DNA from: Promethearchaeota archaeon
GTDB lineage: Archaea > Asgardarchaeota > Lokiarchaeia > Sigyniarchaeales > SOKP01
Direction of reading: 5' to 3'
DNA length: 64,000 nt
NCBI GenBank assembly: GCA_048940445.1
Contig: JBHLON010000002.1
Location: forward strand, 96,001-160,000
Numbering within the stretch: the stretch's first letter is position 1; every line of letters begins with the position of its first letter. Positions 1-10,594 of this stretch are shown here, piece after piece. The position numbers were made by a program, and so were the translations under genes. The notes below the pieces were generated by a model that made no database searches, was not told where the DNA came from, and saw only the letters and a program-made list of their open reading frames with translations.

Positions 1-41
1 ATTTTTATATAAAATGCACTTATCATCCTGATTTTGATTTT

Positions 42-740
42 ATGAATAACGATAAAATTAGTTGGGTTCGAGCTAGATATGTTGATTGGCCAAATTGTAT
101 TTTTAAAGTAAATTTTGAAGGATTAGACCTAAATTCTGAAATTATTAAAGTCAAGACATTGATCGAGAGTAGTAATTCTCCAAATGCGTGGACATTAGGT
201 CCATTATCAAAACCGCTTAATTTAGGTAGCAAATTAGAGGAAGTTGGTTTTACTAAGGTTTATCAGCAAGCAGGTATGGTTTTATACCTTCAAGATCTTA
301 ATAATCTGGAGTTGAAATCGAATGAATTGAAAGTAAAATTAGTAGATAGTTGGGGAATGCTACAGCAATGGTCAAACTTAGTTTCTCTTGTTTTTAATAT
401 CCGGATTGATCAAAATTTACTAAAATACTTATTAAACCAAACGGAAGCATTATTTTATATTGGATATTCTCATGGAATACCAGTTTCAACTCTATTATTA
501 TATCTGTCGTCAGGAGTAGCAGGATTACATGCGGTTTCCACTCATCCAGGATATAGGAACAAGGGTTTTGGTTTTTTAATAAGTGGAATAGCGTTAAAAG
601 AAGCTCTCAAGCTAGGTTATAAAGTTGGTGTTCTTCAAGCTTCTAAAATGGGAGAACGTATATATAAGAAATTAAGATTCAAAAAACAATGTGATATTTT
701 TTCTTATGAACTTCAAGGATTACCATTAAATGAAAGGTAA
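42..740 (+). CDS. GNAT family N-acetyltransferase (may be 5'-truncated by window edge)
   Basis: C-terminal GNAT motif A 'VSTHPGYRNKGFG' and 'LQASKMGERIYKKLRF'. Confidence 0.85.
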   Translation: MNNDKISWVRARYVDWPNCIFKVNFEGLDLNSEIIKVKTLIESSNSPNAWTLGPLSKPLNLGSKLEEVGFTKVYQQAGMVLYLQDLNNLELKSNELKVKLVDSWGMLQQWSNLVSLVFNIRIDQNLLKYLLNQTEALFYIGYSHGIPVSTLLLYLSSGVAGLHAVSTHPGYRNKGFGFLISGIALKEALKLGYKVGVLQASKMGERIYKKLRFKKQCDIFSYELQGLPLNER

Positions 741-1015
741 AAATAAGAAGAGTAATAAGTTAAACTTGTTGCTCCAAAAAGTTTATAAAATTACATTTAA
801 ACTAAAGCGAGTCAACTCAAGTAATAAACATAGGTTTATAGAATTTTAGACAAATTAGTGGATTTGATTATTTACAATTTCACAAAATATAAGCAAATTA
901 TATGCATTATATCTATAACATGACAAATAAGTATAAGTTTAAATATTATCTTAACACAATTTAGTATAACAGCTTTATAAAATGTTATCCAAAATTAATT
1001 TAAAAAAATAACTAG

Positions 1016-1414
1016 TTGGTAATTATGGCTTCAAAAGCAGGATCTATTTTAGCAGAGGTTGGTGTAATTATCTTATTGGCATCGACATTATTTATTATCC
1101 AAATGAACATGTATTTCGGCAATTGGCCTCCTTATGATTGGAAAAATTCTCTTTCATACATCATGACTTTTATATGGGGCGCTGGTGTAATATCAGGGAT
1201 AATTTTAGCAAATAGGGGAATCAAGGTGGGTAATTATCTCATATTATCATTCGGAACAGTTGCTTTGGTTGGTTCATTTATTCCCCTCGAAGTTCATGGT
1301 TTCCCTCCAATGTTTTTTAATATTATTCCTCTGAATCTAACATTTTACTATATTGATGTTATATTAATCATTATAGGTGGCATTCTCGCCGTTGCAATCA
1401 AAGGTAGAGACTAA
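1016..1414 (+). CDS. Small 4-TM membrane protein, paralog 1 (likely ATG at 1025)
   Basis: Hydrophobic segments; shares MA.K.G, IPLN..F..ID.ILIIIGG with 1625..2035. Confidence 0.7.
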   Translation: MVIMASKAGSILAEVGVIILLASTLFIIQMNMYFGNWPPYDWKNSLSYIMTFIWGAGVISGIILANRGIKVGNYLILSFGTVALVGSFIPLEVHGFPPMFFNIIPLNLTFYYIDVILIIIGGILAVAIKGRD

Positions 1415-1624
1415 AAAAAATAAATACTCTCTTTTTTTTTAAATATAGAGTAGTTATGAGATACATTAATTGAAAAGAATCTTAAATTAAAATTTTAAAC
1501 TTTAGACTCAATTCTATATTATAAAGTAGATAACTTTGTATAAGTTTAAATAGTATCTTATCACACATTTAAATATAACAATTTTGTAAAATGTAATCCA
1601 TTAAAATACCAAAAAAATAATTAG

Positions 1625-2035
1625 TTGGTAAATATGGCTGCGAAAACGGGAGCTGTTTTAGGTTTAGTTGGAGGATTAATATTAGCAGCACTAAACTTAA
1701 TTGCATTTCAAATTCTACCATGGGTTTTATCTCCCCCGCCCAACATCGTCATGGCTTACATCCTCAACTTTATAATTACTTTTATCTGGGTAGCTATTAC
1801 TGTGACGGGAGCTATTTTAGATTTAAGAGACATTTTCATTGGGAAATATATTATGTTGGCGGGTGGGATTCTAATCTTGATAGGTAAAATGATTCCAATA
1901 GCAACTTGTGGATCTCCACAAGCCTGCTTTCAATTACTACATTTCATTCCGTTAAATCGTTCTTTCTGGTTTATTGATGCTATCCTCATTATTATTGGTG
2001 GAATTACATCTATTGCTAAAGTAAAAGAAGCGTAA
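1625..2035 (+). CDS. Small 4-TM membrane protein, paralog 2
   Basis: Tandem paralog of 1016..1414 with duplicated upstream region. Confidence 0.7.
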   Translation: MVNMAAKTGAVLGLVGGLILAALNLIAFQILPWVLSPPPNIVMAYILNFIITFIWVAITVTGAILDLRDIFIGKYIMLAGGILILIGKMIPIATCGSPQACFQLLHFIPLNRSFWFIDAILIIIGGITSIAKVKEA

Positions 2036-2104
2036 AAAATATCAAAAATTTTTTTTTTTTATATTGACTTTTTATTCCTTTTTATGTAAATTAAAATGAA
2101 TATG

Positions 2105-2437
2105 AGACGAGTGATATATATACCCACCTTTTTGTAATATTTTTCGTCACCAAAAAATATTTGAGGCATCAAACTACGCGGCCTACCCAAAGCTCGCTCC
2201 AAGTGCCTCATCACTTTCATTTGGCCTTACACCAAGGTTTTTAGCTCGTTCCAACCATTCCTTTAAACAATTTCTTTGGCTTATATCCAAATCATTAATA
2301 TTTGTAAAAAGGCAGTGCCGTTTCAGTTCCTAAAATACGGTTCTCACCGTAGTAACTTTCATTACACCTTGCTTGGAGTGTGAGGTGAGGTTCCTCAGCA
2401 GGTCATACCTACCGTCAGCCTCATATATCACTCGTCT
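2105..2437 (-). ncRNA. rnpB: RNase P RNA, archaeal type
   Basis: GC-richer 333-nt island closed by a perfect 15-bp terminal helix (AGACGAGTGATATAT 2105-2119 / ATATATCACTCGTCT 2423-2437); minus strand has CR-I-like GAGGAACCUCACC, GGAACUGAAACGGC, AAGGCCAAAU and CR-V-like ACAAAAAGGUGGGUAU (P4 CUCACC/GGUGGG); TTTTATAG box about 25 nt upstream. Confidence 0.88.
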
Positions 2438-2490
2438 GTTTTCTTAATAGGAAAGATTACTATAAAAAATTTTTCTTAATTTTACCGCTC

Positions 2491-3684
2491 TCAAATATTA
2501 AGTGAAAAATTAATAAAATAATTATCAAACTTCATATCATATTTTGGTGTAATATTTTTTAGGGCTATAATAAATTTTTCACTTCTTAGATAATCAATAT
2601 ACTCTTTCTTGTAAAACCAGCCTTGAGGTAATTTAAATGTAAAATTCCATAATTTTGGGATTGAATTCTCTTTCCTATGAATTTTATTAGGAGAATATAA
2701 TACTTTATCGCAACATGTTTGCCAAAACTGAAATAACTTGGTATCTACTTTTTCATTATTTTTAATTGGATCTCTTTTGAAGGAAAATGATGCAAGTATC
2801 ATTAGGACAGGCAATGCATATTTAAATTGTATAAATGTATGTTTATCTTGTAATGATTTAGTAAAATTTTCCCAATTTGTACCACTATCTTTTAATCCAT
2901 CCTCCATAATAGTATAATATAATTGTTTCGTTAATTTTGGTTTAGTATTTACAAATTGGAATATTCTAAGAGCACAAGAAAGACGCCATTTAAAATTTTT
3001 TTTGTCTAGATTAGAAAGAGCGTTAAATAATGTAATTTTTCGTTCCTCCAATGGTAATGATTTGGTTTTATCAGCAATCTCAGTTAAATTTTGACGTATA
3101 GACTCATAATTATCAAAATAGTGATTAAAAATTTTGGCATAGTCATAACCTAAAATATCAATAATAGTAAAAGCAGTTAAAATTTGAAAGAAAATATGGT
3201 TATCTTCTTTAACTTGCCATAAATTTTCTAAATCAAGATCAGTAAAAATAGAACTTGCTCCATAGTAGCTTGATTCTCCAGTAAATATAGTTCCTGGGAG
3301 TAAATGGTATTTTATAGTTCCATATAAAACTGATTGCTGTTTTAAATTCAATTGCAGTTTAGAATACAGCTTAATTTGTTTGATCAAATCAGCGGATTCA
3401 AAATTATGCCATACTCTATTAAATGGTCTTCCAATATCATGAAATAAAAGTAAAAGAGGGAAAATATTTTTGTCATATTGAACAATTTCAATTAAAGTAT
3501 TCTTTAATAAATCTAAATTCTTTGATTTAACTTCAAGCCTAAGGTTTTCATTTAAAGCAGCGTAATAAATCCATAATGAGCGAAAAATATGTCTTAATGT
3601 CCTCAATGTTTCAGTTTGATTATACTCAAGACCGTTCTTTATAAGATACCCCCATTCAGGTAATCTCTTTACAATTTTATTCAT
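2491..3684 (-). CDS. HD-domain-like hypothetical protein
   Basis: 'LLLLFHDIGRP..WHNFESA' and later 'IKYH', 'TIIDI' resemble HD motifs; frame stays open to about 3790. Confidence 0.6.
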   Translation of the reverse strand: MNKIVKRLPEWGYLIKNGLEYNQTETLRTLRHIFRSLWIYYAALNENLRLEVKSKNLDLLKNTLIEIVQYDKNIFPLLLLFHDIGRPFNRVWHNFESADLIKQIKLYSKLQLNLKQQSVLYGTIKYHLLPGTIFTGESSYYGASSIFTDLDLENLWQVKEDNHIFFQILTAFTIIDILGYDYAKIFNHYFDNYESIRQNLTEIADKTKSLPLEERKITLFNALSNLDKKNFKWRLSCALRIFQFVNTKPKLTKQLYYTIMEDGLKDSGTNWENFTKSLQDKHTFIQFKYALPVLMILASFSFKRDPIKNNEKVDTKLFQFWQTCCDKVLYSPNKIHRKENSIPKLWNFTFKLPQGWFYKKEYIDYLRSEKFIIALKNITPKYDMKFDNYFINFSLNI

Positions 3685-3858
3685 TTGTAAGGAATTTAGT
3701 AAGTTTTCACCTGAAGAATCACAGAACTTTAAATCAATTTTTCCAAAGATTTCATTAAGATAGTCAAAAATGTTAATACTATATTTTCCTCTTTAATTTT
3801 GTTAAAGATAATACAAAAAAACTATTATTGAAGATAAAACTTTCTTTGTATATAATTC

Positions 3859-3966
3859 CTAATCTATTAAACTAAATGTTCCATCTTCAGCACCACATTT
3901 AGGACATTTCTTAGGGATTTCTTCCATTTCAAAGACTGCTTCGCATTTATCGCATTTCCAAGGCAT
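3859..3966 (-). CDS. 35-aa rubredoxin-like CxxC-x12-CxxC microprotein
   Basis: Manual translation MPWKCDKCEAVFEMEEIPKKCPKCGAEDGTFSLID*; W-K-C-x2-C and CPxCG motifs. Confidence 0.8.
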   Translation of the reverse strand: MPWKCDKCEAVFEMEEIPKKCPKCGAEDGTFSLID

Positions 3967-4085
3967 GATTAATTATCTTGTTATTTAGCAATCCTAATTA
4001 GCTTACAATACAGATACAAAAACATAATAAAAATTTATATTATTAAATTATATTTTTTTATCAGAATATATCAGAAATTTTTATA

Positions 4086-4910
4086 TTAAGACTCAGATAA
4101 GAGTTCTATTTCTTCTTTTGTTAATATAATATCTGCTGCTTCAACATTAGAAATCATGTGTTTTACTTGCTGTGCCTTAGGTATAGTGATCACATTTTTG
4201 TGGTTAATCAACCAAGCAATTGCTATTTGCTGAATCGTAGCATTATGACTCTTCGCGACTCTTTCAAGCCGTTCTCTTAAATCACCATTTATTTTTGTAT
4301 ATCCTCTGTGTGCTAATGGACTGTACGCTGTCATTATGATGTTATGTTCTTGATAATATGGAAGCGATTTGATTATATGTTTTTGAAATGTTAAATTTGC
4401 GTGTAGTTGATTATTAACTAGCTTGCTATCTTTCAGATAATCTTGGGCTTTAATAAATTGATCCACAGAAAAATTACTTACCCCAATATACCTTGTTTTT
4501 TCTTCTTTCAAAAGATCTTCCAGAACTGACATTTGTTTTTTGATCGAAATTAGACTTGATGGCCAATGTATCAAGTACAAATCTAGTTGTTTTATACCCA
4601 AATGTTTTAACGTCTTGTACGCAGCCTTTTTCATAGTTTTATATCTGAAGTGGATTGGAAATAATTTACTGGTTATGAATAAATCATCTCGGTTATATTC
4701 CTTAATAATTTCTCCTACTAATTTCTCAGATTTTCCCATTCCATAAAGTTCAGCTGTATCAATATGAGTTAAACCTAGTTCAATCCCCTTCCTTAAAGAT
4801 TCTTTCCATTCTTCATAAGAGGATTTAGATCCAAACCTCTTTACGCCCCACATTCCTTGACCGAGCACTGGAAGTTTTTCTCTATCCTCACCAATTTCAA
4901 TATATCTCAA
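4086..4910 (-). CDS. Aldo/keto reductase
   Basis: IDTAELYG, DLYLIHWP, IGVSNF, AYSPL motifs. Confidence 0.95.
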   Translation of the reverse strand: MRYIEIGEDREKLPVLGQGMWGVKRFGSKSSYEEWKESLRKGIELGLTHIDTAELYGMGKSEKLVGEIIKEYNRDDLFITSKLFPIHFRYKTMKKAAYKTLKHLGIKQLDLYLIHWPSSLISIKKQMSVLEDLLKEEKTRYIGVSNFSVDQFIKAQDYLKDSKLVNNQLHANLTFQKHIIKSLPYYQEHNIIMTAYSPLAHRGYTKINGDLRERLERVAKSHNATIQQIAIAWLINHKNVITIPKAQQVKHMISNVEAADIILTKEEIELLSES

Positions 4911-5066
4911 AAAGACTCACCTCAATTTACAGATAACTTAATTAAGATTATATTTTTAATTTCTTCAATTTATTGAAGATTTAAGGATTTAATTTAATTA
5001 AGAATTAAAATATCTCAGAGATCTTTATAATTTATAAAACTTTGAAGCAATTTTATTCAATAGTTT

Positions 5067-5594
5067 TTATATCATATTCAAAATTTTTTCAAATATCTCT
5101 TGTTGATTATTTAGATTCAATAGAAATAATTTTATACTAGGTAGGTTTAGAAGCTCACTTTTTATTGTATGTTTTAACTTTTGTCCGATTGTTGCTATTA
5201 TCCTTACTTTTGAATTGAACATTTTTTTTAAAAATGACAGAAATAGTTGAGAGTTCAATTCCATTTTTCCAATTTCATCAATTATAAGAAGATCAACGTT
5301 CTGTAAATTCCTGAAATTTAAATCTTTTAGATAAGTGTCAAATTCCTCAATAAATATGGAGTAATTTCCTAATCTATATTTTGTATCATAAACTCCTTTA
5401 CGAGCAAGGAGTGAAAACTCACCAGACTGAATGTCTTCGATATCAAAACCAAGTCTCTTCCCTTCTTTCTGTATCTCAGGTGTTAAAAACCCTGCTATAA
5501 CATAATTTTTTGATTTATAATAGGAAATTAATTTTTTTATCAATGTTGATTTTCCACATCTAGGAGGTCCAGTAATTAGGATCTTAGAATACAT
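5067..5594 (-). CDS. THEP1-family NTPase
   Basis: ITGPPRCGKST, GFxTxE, IIDEIGKME. Confidence 0.9.
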   Translation of the reverse strand: MYSKILITGPPRCGKSTLIKKLISYYKSKNYVIAGFLTPEIQKEGKRLGFDIEDIQSGEFSLLARKGVYDTKYRLGNYSIFIEEFDTYLKDLNFRNLQNVDLLIIDEIGKMELNSQLFLSFLKKMFNSKVRIIATIGQKLKHTIKSELLNLPSIKLFLLNLNNQQEIFEKILNMI

Positions 5595-5625
5595 AATGAA
5601 ATCATTTTGAACAAAATGGGAATTT

Positions 5626-6774
5626 CTAGCTTTTCTTCTTCGATAATTCCTGAAATTTCAACAATAGTTTCTTTTGTTCATCATTAATGTCTTTCGGAAT
5701 CTCTATCTTGACAACTACATATTGGTCACCTTTAGCTCTCCCTCTCAAATAAGGTACACCGTGATTTTTTATCCGAAATTCTGTTCCATATTGTGTTCCC
5801 GGTGGAATAGATAATTCTCTTTCAGTTAATCGATTATTTTTGTGATCAAGGGTGGGAACCTTTATTTTTCCCCCAGTTATAGCAGTTACTATATCAATGT
5901 TCATCGGAGTATAAAGATCATTACCGCGTCGTATAAAATTCTCGTTTCCATGAATTCTTATTCCTAAATATAGATCTCCAGGAATGGCATTTGTAGATGG
6001 AACATGACCAGCACCTTGTACTTTTAGATGTACACCTTCCTCTATACCTGCAGGAATGTCTACGTGAATAGTTTTAGTTTCTGGTACAACCTTTTTCCCA
6101 TTACACACCTTGCACTTCTTTCCGATTGCCTTCCCTGTTCCATTACAAACATTACATTCAGTAGTACGAATTATAGTACTAAAACCCTGTCTTGACATTG
6201 TTCTAACTTGACCAGTGCCCTCACAATTAGAACAATCTTTAATACTTGAAGGATCTTCAGCTCCGGTACCTTCACACGCGTCACATGGAGTATATCTCTG
6301 TATCTTGATATCTCTTTTTACTCCGAACATAGCTTCTTCAAAGGTAATCTCAACATGATCTTCAATATCTTGCCCTACCTCTCTTCGAGGTCGTGATCTA
6401 GGGCGAGTTCTCCCTCCAAAAAAACTTCCGAATCCAAAGTCATCATCACCAAATATACTTCCTCCTCCAAAAATAGATCTAAATATTTCATTAATTCCTG
6501 GAATACCTCCACTGAAAAAGTCACTCATATCGACATGTACTCCACTAAAACCAAATCGATCATAATTATTTCTCTTTTCGGGATCATTTAACACTTCATA
6601 AGCTTCTTGTAATTCAATAAATTTCTCTTTAGCTTTAGGATCTGTTTTATTAACATCTGGATGAAGCTTTCTTGCTAATCTTCGATATGCTAATTTGATA
6701 TCATCAGTACTAGCATCTTTAGATACACCCAATACCTCATAATAATCGCGTTTTTTTGAGGACACTACATTCAC
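5626..6774 (-). CDS. dnaJ: Chaperone DnaJ
   Basis: J domain with HPD, G/F region, four CxxCxGxG-type repeats. Confidence 0.97.
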   Translation of the reverse strand: MNVVSSKKRDYYEVLGVSKDASTDDIKLAYRRLARKLHPDVNKTDPKAKEKFIELQEAYEVLNDPEKRNNYDRFGFSGVHVDMSDFFSGGIPGINEIFRSIFGGGSIFGDDDFGFGSFFGGRTRPRSRPRREVGQDIEDHVEITFEEAMFGVKRDIKIQRYTPCDACEGTGAEDPSSIKDCSNCEGTGQVRTMSRQGFSTIIRTTECNVCNGTGKAIGKKCKVCNGKKVVPETKTIHVDIPAGIEEGVHLKVQGAGHVPSTNAIPGDLYLGIRIHGNENFIRRGNDLYTPMNIDIVTAITGGKIKVPTLDHKNNRLTERELSIPPGTQYGTEFRIKNHGVPYLRGRAKGDQYVVVKIEIPKDINDEQKKLLLKFQELSKKKS

Positions 6775-7014
6775 TTAATTTATATCCGTGATCTTTTATA
6801 TTAAAACTGTCTTATATGGTTGCCAATTTAGTAAGTAAAATAAATTCTAACATATATTTTTTTGGGTCATCAAATATTAACAAAATCTGAACTAAATTTG
6901 TATCCCTTCTTTAGTTTCCATTAGAAATAGAGATCTATAAATAAACTACAATCAAAAATTGATATACGAATTTTTTAGTAAAAACAAATAAAAACTAATT
7001 AAAGTGTATATTTA

Positions 7015-7245
7015 ATGGCATGGACTCCACCAAGTAAATTTATCGTGGTATTAACCTTTCTTTTATGGATATTCGGACTCTTTATCCTTTTCGATCTCTC
7101 TGGTATTATTTGGTCTCCTCAACTATTACCCTCATTTTCGCTTTTCACATTTTCCCCAAACCAAACATGGATGCTAATTGCAATAATAATATTCTTTTTT
7201 ACTTGGTTTCTATTTTTTCTCGCAATAAAAGTGCGAGGTATATAA
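7015..7245 (+). CDS. Small 2-TM membrane protein
   Basis: 76 aa, MAWTPPS start, two hydrophobic helices, followed by T-rich tract. Confidence 0.65.
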   Translation: MAWTPPSKFIVVLTFLLWIFGLFILFDLSGIIWSPQLLPSFSLFTFSPNQTWMLIAIIIFFFTWFLFFLAIKVRGI

Positions 7246-7385
7246 TTTTAAAATTCTTTTTTTTTAATTAATACCTAAAAATTAAAAAATTGAAATAAGT
7301 TAAGATATGAAGAACATTAAGCTTCTTATCAAAAAATGATGTTATAAAAAGAAAGAATTCTATTAAATATTTTATTATATTGTTG

Positions 7386-9383
7386 CTAATCCTCGTCCCA
7401 ATCGACGTCCACAACTTTCTTTTTCTTATCTTCTTCTTCTTTTTTATATGTAGCGCCGCCTTCTCCAGTACCAGCTTCTCCTCCTGGTGGAGCTCCACCC
7501 ATACCTCCAGGTGGAACACCCCCCATACCACTTGCGGCTTTCTGTGCTTGCTCAGCTGCTTGTTGATATACTTGGTCTTGAGCTTGGGAAGCATAAATTC
7601 TTTGAGAAAAGCTATACATAGACTTTTGGAGATTTTCGATTCCTAATTTAATTCTACTTACATCATCTGTTTTGATGTCTTCCTCTAATGATTTAATAGC
7701 AGCTTCAATTTCCTTTTTCTCTTTTTCTTGGATTTTATCTTTATTATCATCCATTAACTTTCGTGTTTGATAGATCATCGAATCTGCGTTATTCTTTGCT
7801 TCAATTAGTTCACGTACTTTTTTATCGGCTTCCTCAAATTTTTCTGCATCTCTGACTTTCTGTTGAATTTCTTCTTCACTTAAACCTTTTGCTCCGGTCA
7901 CTGTAATACCTGTTTCTTTCCCTGTACCTAAATCTTTTGCTGTTACATGAACGATCCCATCAGCGTCAATTGAAAACTTTACCTCAATCTGAGGAATTCC
8001 TCGAGGCGCTGGAGGAATACCAGTTAAATGAAACATTCCTAATGAAATGTTATCCTTTGCCATTGCTCGTTCTCCTTGTAGTACATTAATAGTAACAGCA
8101 GGCTGATTATCTGCAGCAGTGCTAAAGATTTGATGTTTTTCTGTAGGAATGGTTGAATTCCTCTCTATCAATTTAGTAAATACTCCACCTAAAGTCTCTA
8201 CACCTAATGATAATGGAGTAACATCTAAAAGAAGAAGGTCTTCAACATCTCCTGCTATAATTCCACCTTGAATTGCAGCACCAATGGCTACACATTCCAT
8301 TGGGTCGACAGAATGCTCTGGTTCTTGCTTAAAGAATTTTTTAAAGCGTTCTTGAACAGATGGCATTCTTGTAGGACCTCCAACTAAAATAACCTTATCC
8401 ACATCATTAGCAGAAACTTTCGCATCTGATACTGCTCTTTGCATTATAGGATCTAACCTTTTTAATGTGGGTTCGATAAGTTGTTCTAATTTCGCTCGTG
8501 TTAATTCCATCTCCAAATGAACAGGATTTCCTCCTTTCTGTGTAATGTAAGGTAAATTTATTTGGGTTGATAATGTTGTAGATAACTCGATTTTTGCTTT
8601 TTCGGCAGCATCTTTAATTCTAATCATTGCTTTATTGTCCCCTTTTAGATCAATACTTTCCTTTTTTCTAAATTCTTCCTCGACCCAATCAATTATTGCG
8701 TTATCCATGTCTGTTCCTCCTAATTGAGTATCCCCGGCTGTCGAAAGAACCTCCACCACACCTTCACCATACTCCATGAGTGTTATATCGAAGGTTCCAC
8801 CACCCAAATCGAGTACACATATTTTAAGCAACTTATTTTTTGTATCCTTATCTAATCCGTAAGCTAGACAAGCTGCAGTAGGTTCATTAATCATACGTAC
8901 TACTTCTAAACCTGCAATCTCACCAGCATTCTTTGTTGCTGTCCTTTGAGCATCATTAAAATATGCTGGTACAGTAATAACTGCCTTTTTAACCTCCTCA
9001 CCTAAATATGCTGATGCGTCATTCTTGATCTTAGTGAGGATCATGGCACTAATTTCTTCGGGTGAAAACTCTTTCCACTCTTTTCCTACTTTCACCTTTG
9101 CCTTATATGAGAGCCCCATTTTACGTTTAATAGCCGTTATAGTACCATCTGGGTTGCTTACAGCTTGACGACGCGCTGGTTCTCCTACTATCTTTCGACC
9201 ATTTTCATCAAAAGCAACATAGGATGGAAATGCTTTACCTCCTAACGTACGACCTTCAGCAGCTGGAATAATTTCAGGTTTTCCAGTACCACCTAAAACA
9301 GCACATGCACTATTACTAGTGCCGAGATCTATACCGATGATCTTCTCCTTTTTCTTGGCTTTTTGAGCTTTTTCCTCACTCAT
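7386..9383 (-). CDS. dnaK: Chaperone DnaK (Hsp70)
   Basis: [39 protein letters not shown]. Confidence 0.98.
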   Translation of the reverse strand: MSEEKAQKAKKKEKIIGIDLGTSNSACAVLGGTGKPEIIPAAEGRTLGGKAFPSYVAFDENGRKIVGEPARRQAVSNPDGTITAIKRKMGLSYKAKVKVGKEWKEFSPEEISAMILTKIKNDASAYLGEEVKKAVITVPAYFNDAQRTATKNAGEIAGLEVVRMINEPTAACLAYGLDKDTKNKLLKICVLDLGGGTFDITLMEYGEGVVEVLSTAGDTQLGGTDMDNAIIDWVEEEFRKKESIDLKGDNKAMIRIKDAAEKAKIELSTTLSTQINLPYITQKGGNPVHLEMELTRAKLEQLIEPTLKRLDPIMQRAVSDAKVSANDVDKVILVGGPTRMPSVQERFKKFFKQEPEHSVDPMECVAIGAAIQGGIIAGDVEDLLLLDVTPLSLGVETLGGVFTKLIERNSTIPTEKHQIFSTAADNQPAVTINVLQGERAMAKDNISLGMFHLTGIPPAPRGIPQIEVKFSIDADGIVHVTAKDLGTGKETGITVTGAKGLSEEEIQQKVRDAEKFEEADKKVRELIEAKNNADSMIYQTRKLMDDNKDKIQEKEKKEIEAAIKSLEEDIKTDDVSRIKLGIENLQKSMYSFSQRIYASQAQDQVYQQAAEQAQKAASGMGGVPPGGMGGAPPGGEAGTGEGGATYKKEEEDKKKKVVDVDWDED

Positions 9384-9582
9384 GATAAAAGTTCACTTTC
9401 TAATTATTAATGTTTATAATTTATTTGCAAATAATTATTTTATTCTACATTATTTCTTATTAAGAATATAATTAATGGTAAAATTTTAATTTTTTTTATA
9501 ATGATCTATAAATCATATTTCTAAAAAAGTTTCATTTATATTGATCAAATTAAAACGTTTTGATACATGAAGGTTCATATTT

Positions 9583-10425
9583 ATGGTAGATAAAAAGAAA
9601 ATGGAGAGTAAGAAAGAGCAACCATCTCAATCTAATAACGAAGCTAAAGAAAAAGGTTCTGAGACTGAAGAATCAAATATTGTTGAGAAAAAAGATACTA
9701 AATTGATTGAAGGTGAAGAACCACGAAAATTAGAATACTTTTCTAAAGAGGAATTAGTAGAGAAACTTAACATGTTAGAGAAGGATATTAAAGAAAAAGA
9801 AAAATCTCTCTCTCAATTTCAAGCACAAGCAAAAGATTGGAAGGACAAGTATATGAGACTTCAAGCTGAATTTGAGAATGCTCATAAAAGATGGGAAAAA
9901 AATCGTCAGAACCTACATCTTCAATATACAGCATCGACGTTAAAGAGTTTCTTACCATTATATGATTCTTATAAGAAAGCACTCGAGGGGAATAATCCTC
10001 ATAAAGATATATTGAAAGGTTTTTATGATCAGTTTATGAATATTTTAAAATTTTATAAAGCTGAACCGATAAAAGTTAACATTGGCGATCCTTTCGATTA
10101 TAATTATCATGAAGCTGTAAGCACTATTGAAAAGAATGACGTTCCAAGTAATACAATTATAGACATTATTCAAGATGGATGGAAATTAGATAAAGAAGTT
10201 ATTCGATATGCTAAAGTGGTAATAGCCCGTGAACCTAAGCCTCCAGAACCAGAGCCAGAGCCAGAACCAGAGTTAGCACCGGAACAAGAAACAAAACAAG
10301 AACTAGAACAGGAACGAGAACTAAAACCTGAGGAAAAAAAAGAAGAAGGACAATCAGCTGAAAAAACAAGAGACAAAGAGAAAGATTCTGATTTTGGAGA
10401 AAACACACCGAAAGAAAACCATTAA
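9583..10425 (+). CDS. grpE: Nucleotide exchange factor GrpE
   Basis: RLQAEFEN, FDYNYHEA, GWKL...VIRYAKVV; divergent from dnaK. Confidence 0.93.
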   Translation: MVDKKKMESKKEQPSQSNNEAKEKGSETEESNIVEKKDTKLIEGEEPRKLEYFSKEELVEKLNMLEKDIKEKEKSLSQFQAQAKDWKDKYMRLQAEFENAHKRWEKNRQNLHLQYTASTLKSFLPLYDSYKKALEGNNPHKDILKGFYDQFMNILKFYKAEPIKVNIGDPFDYNYHEAVSTIEKNDVPSNTIIDIIQDGWKLDKEVIRYAKVVIAREPKPPEPEPEPEPELAPEQETKQELEQERELKPEEKKEEGQSAEKTRDKEKDSDFGENTPKENH

Positions 10426-10594
10426 AACCGTTCTTTTTTGGATCAAATTTATTTAATCATAATTATATTTTTTAAAATATAAAGAATTTCCTTGTTTTTT
10501 TACCAATTTTAATTATTCTTTATAGACTTCTTATTGCATATAATAAAAATCTATTTTTACTCATTTATACTCTTTCAGAATGTAAGGTGAAAAT

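Noticed and set aside
2105-2437. MITE with 15-bp terminal inverted repeats
   Set aside because: No clear target-site duplication, and the interior carries RNase P conserved motifs; the repeat is helix P1
7268-7646. Alternative-frame and antisense ORFs over dnaK (and similar shadow ORFs over PAN, hdrA, HEAT and others)
   Set aside because: They overlap well-supported genes and lack recognisable motifs
10232-10330. CCAGAG/CCAGAA tandem repeat as CRISPR or VNTR
   Set aside because: It simply encodes the PEPEPE low-complexity tail of GrpE; no spacer structure
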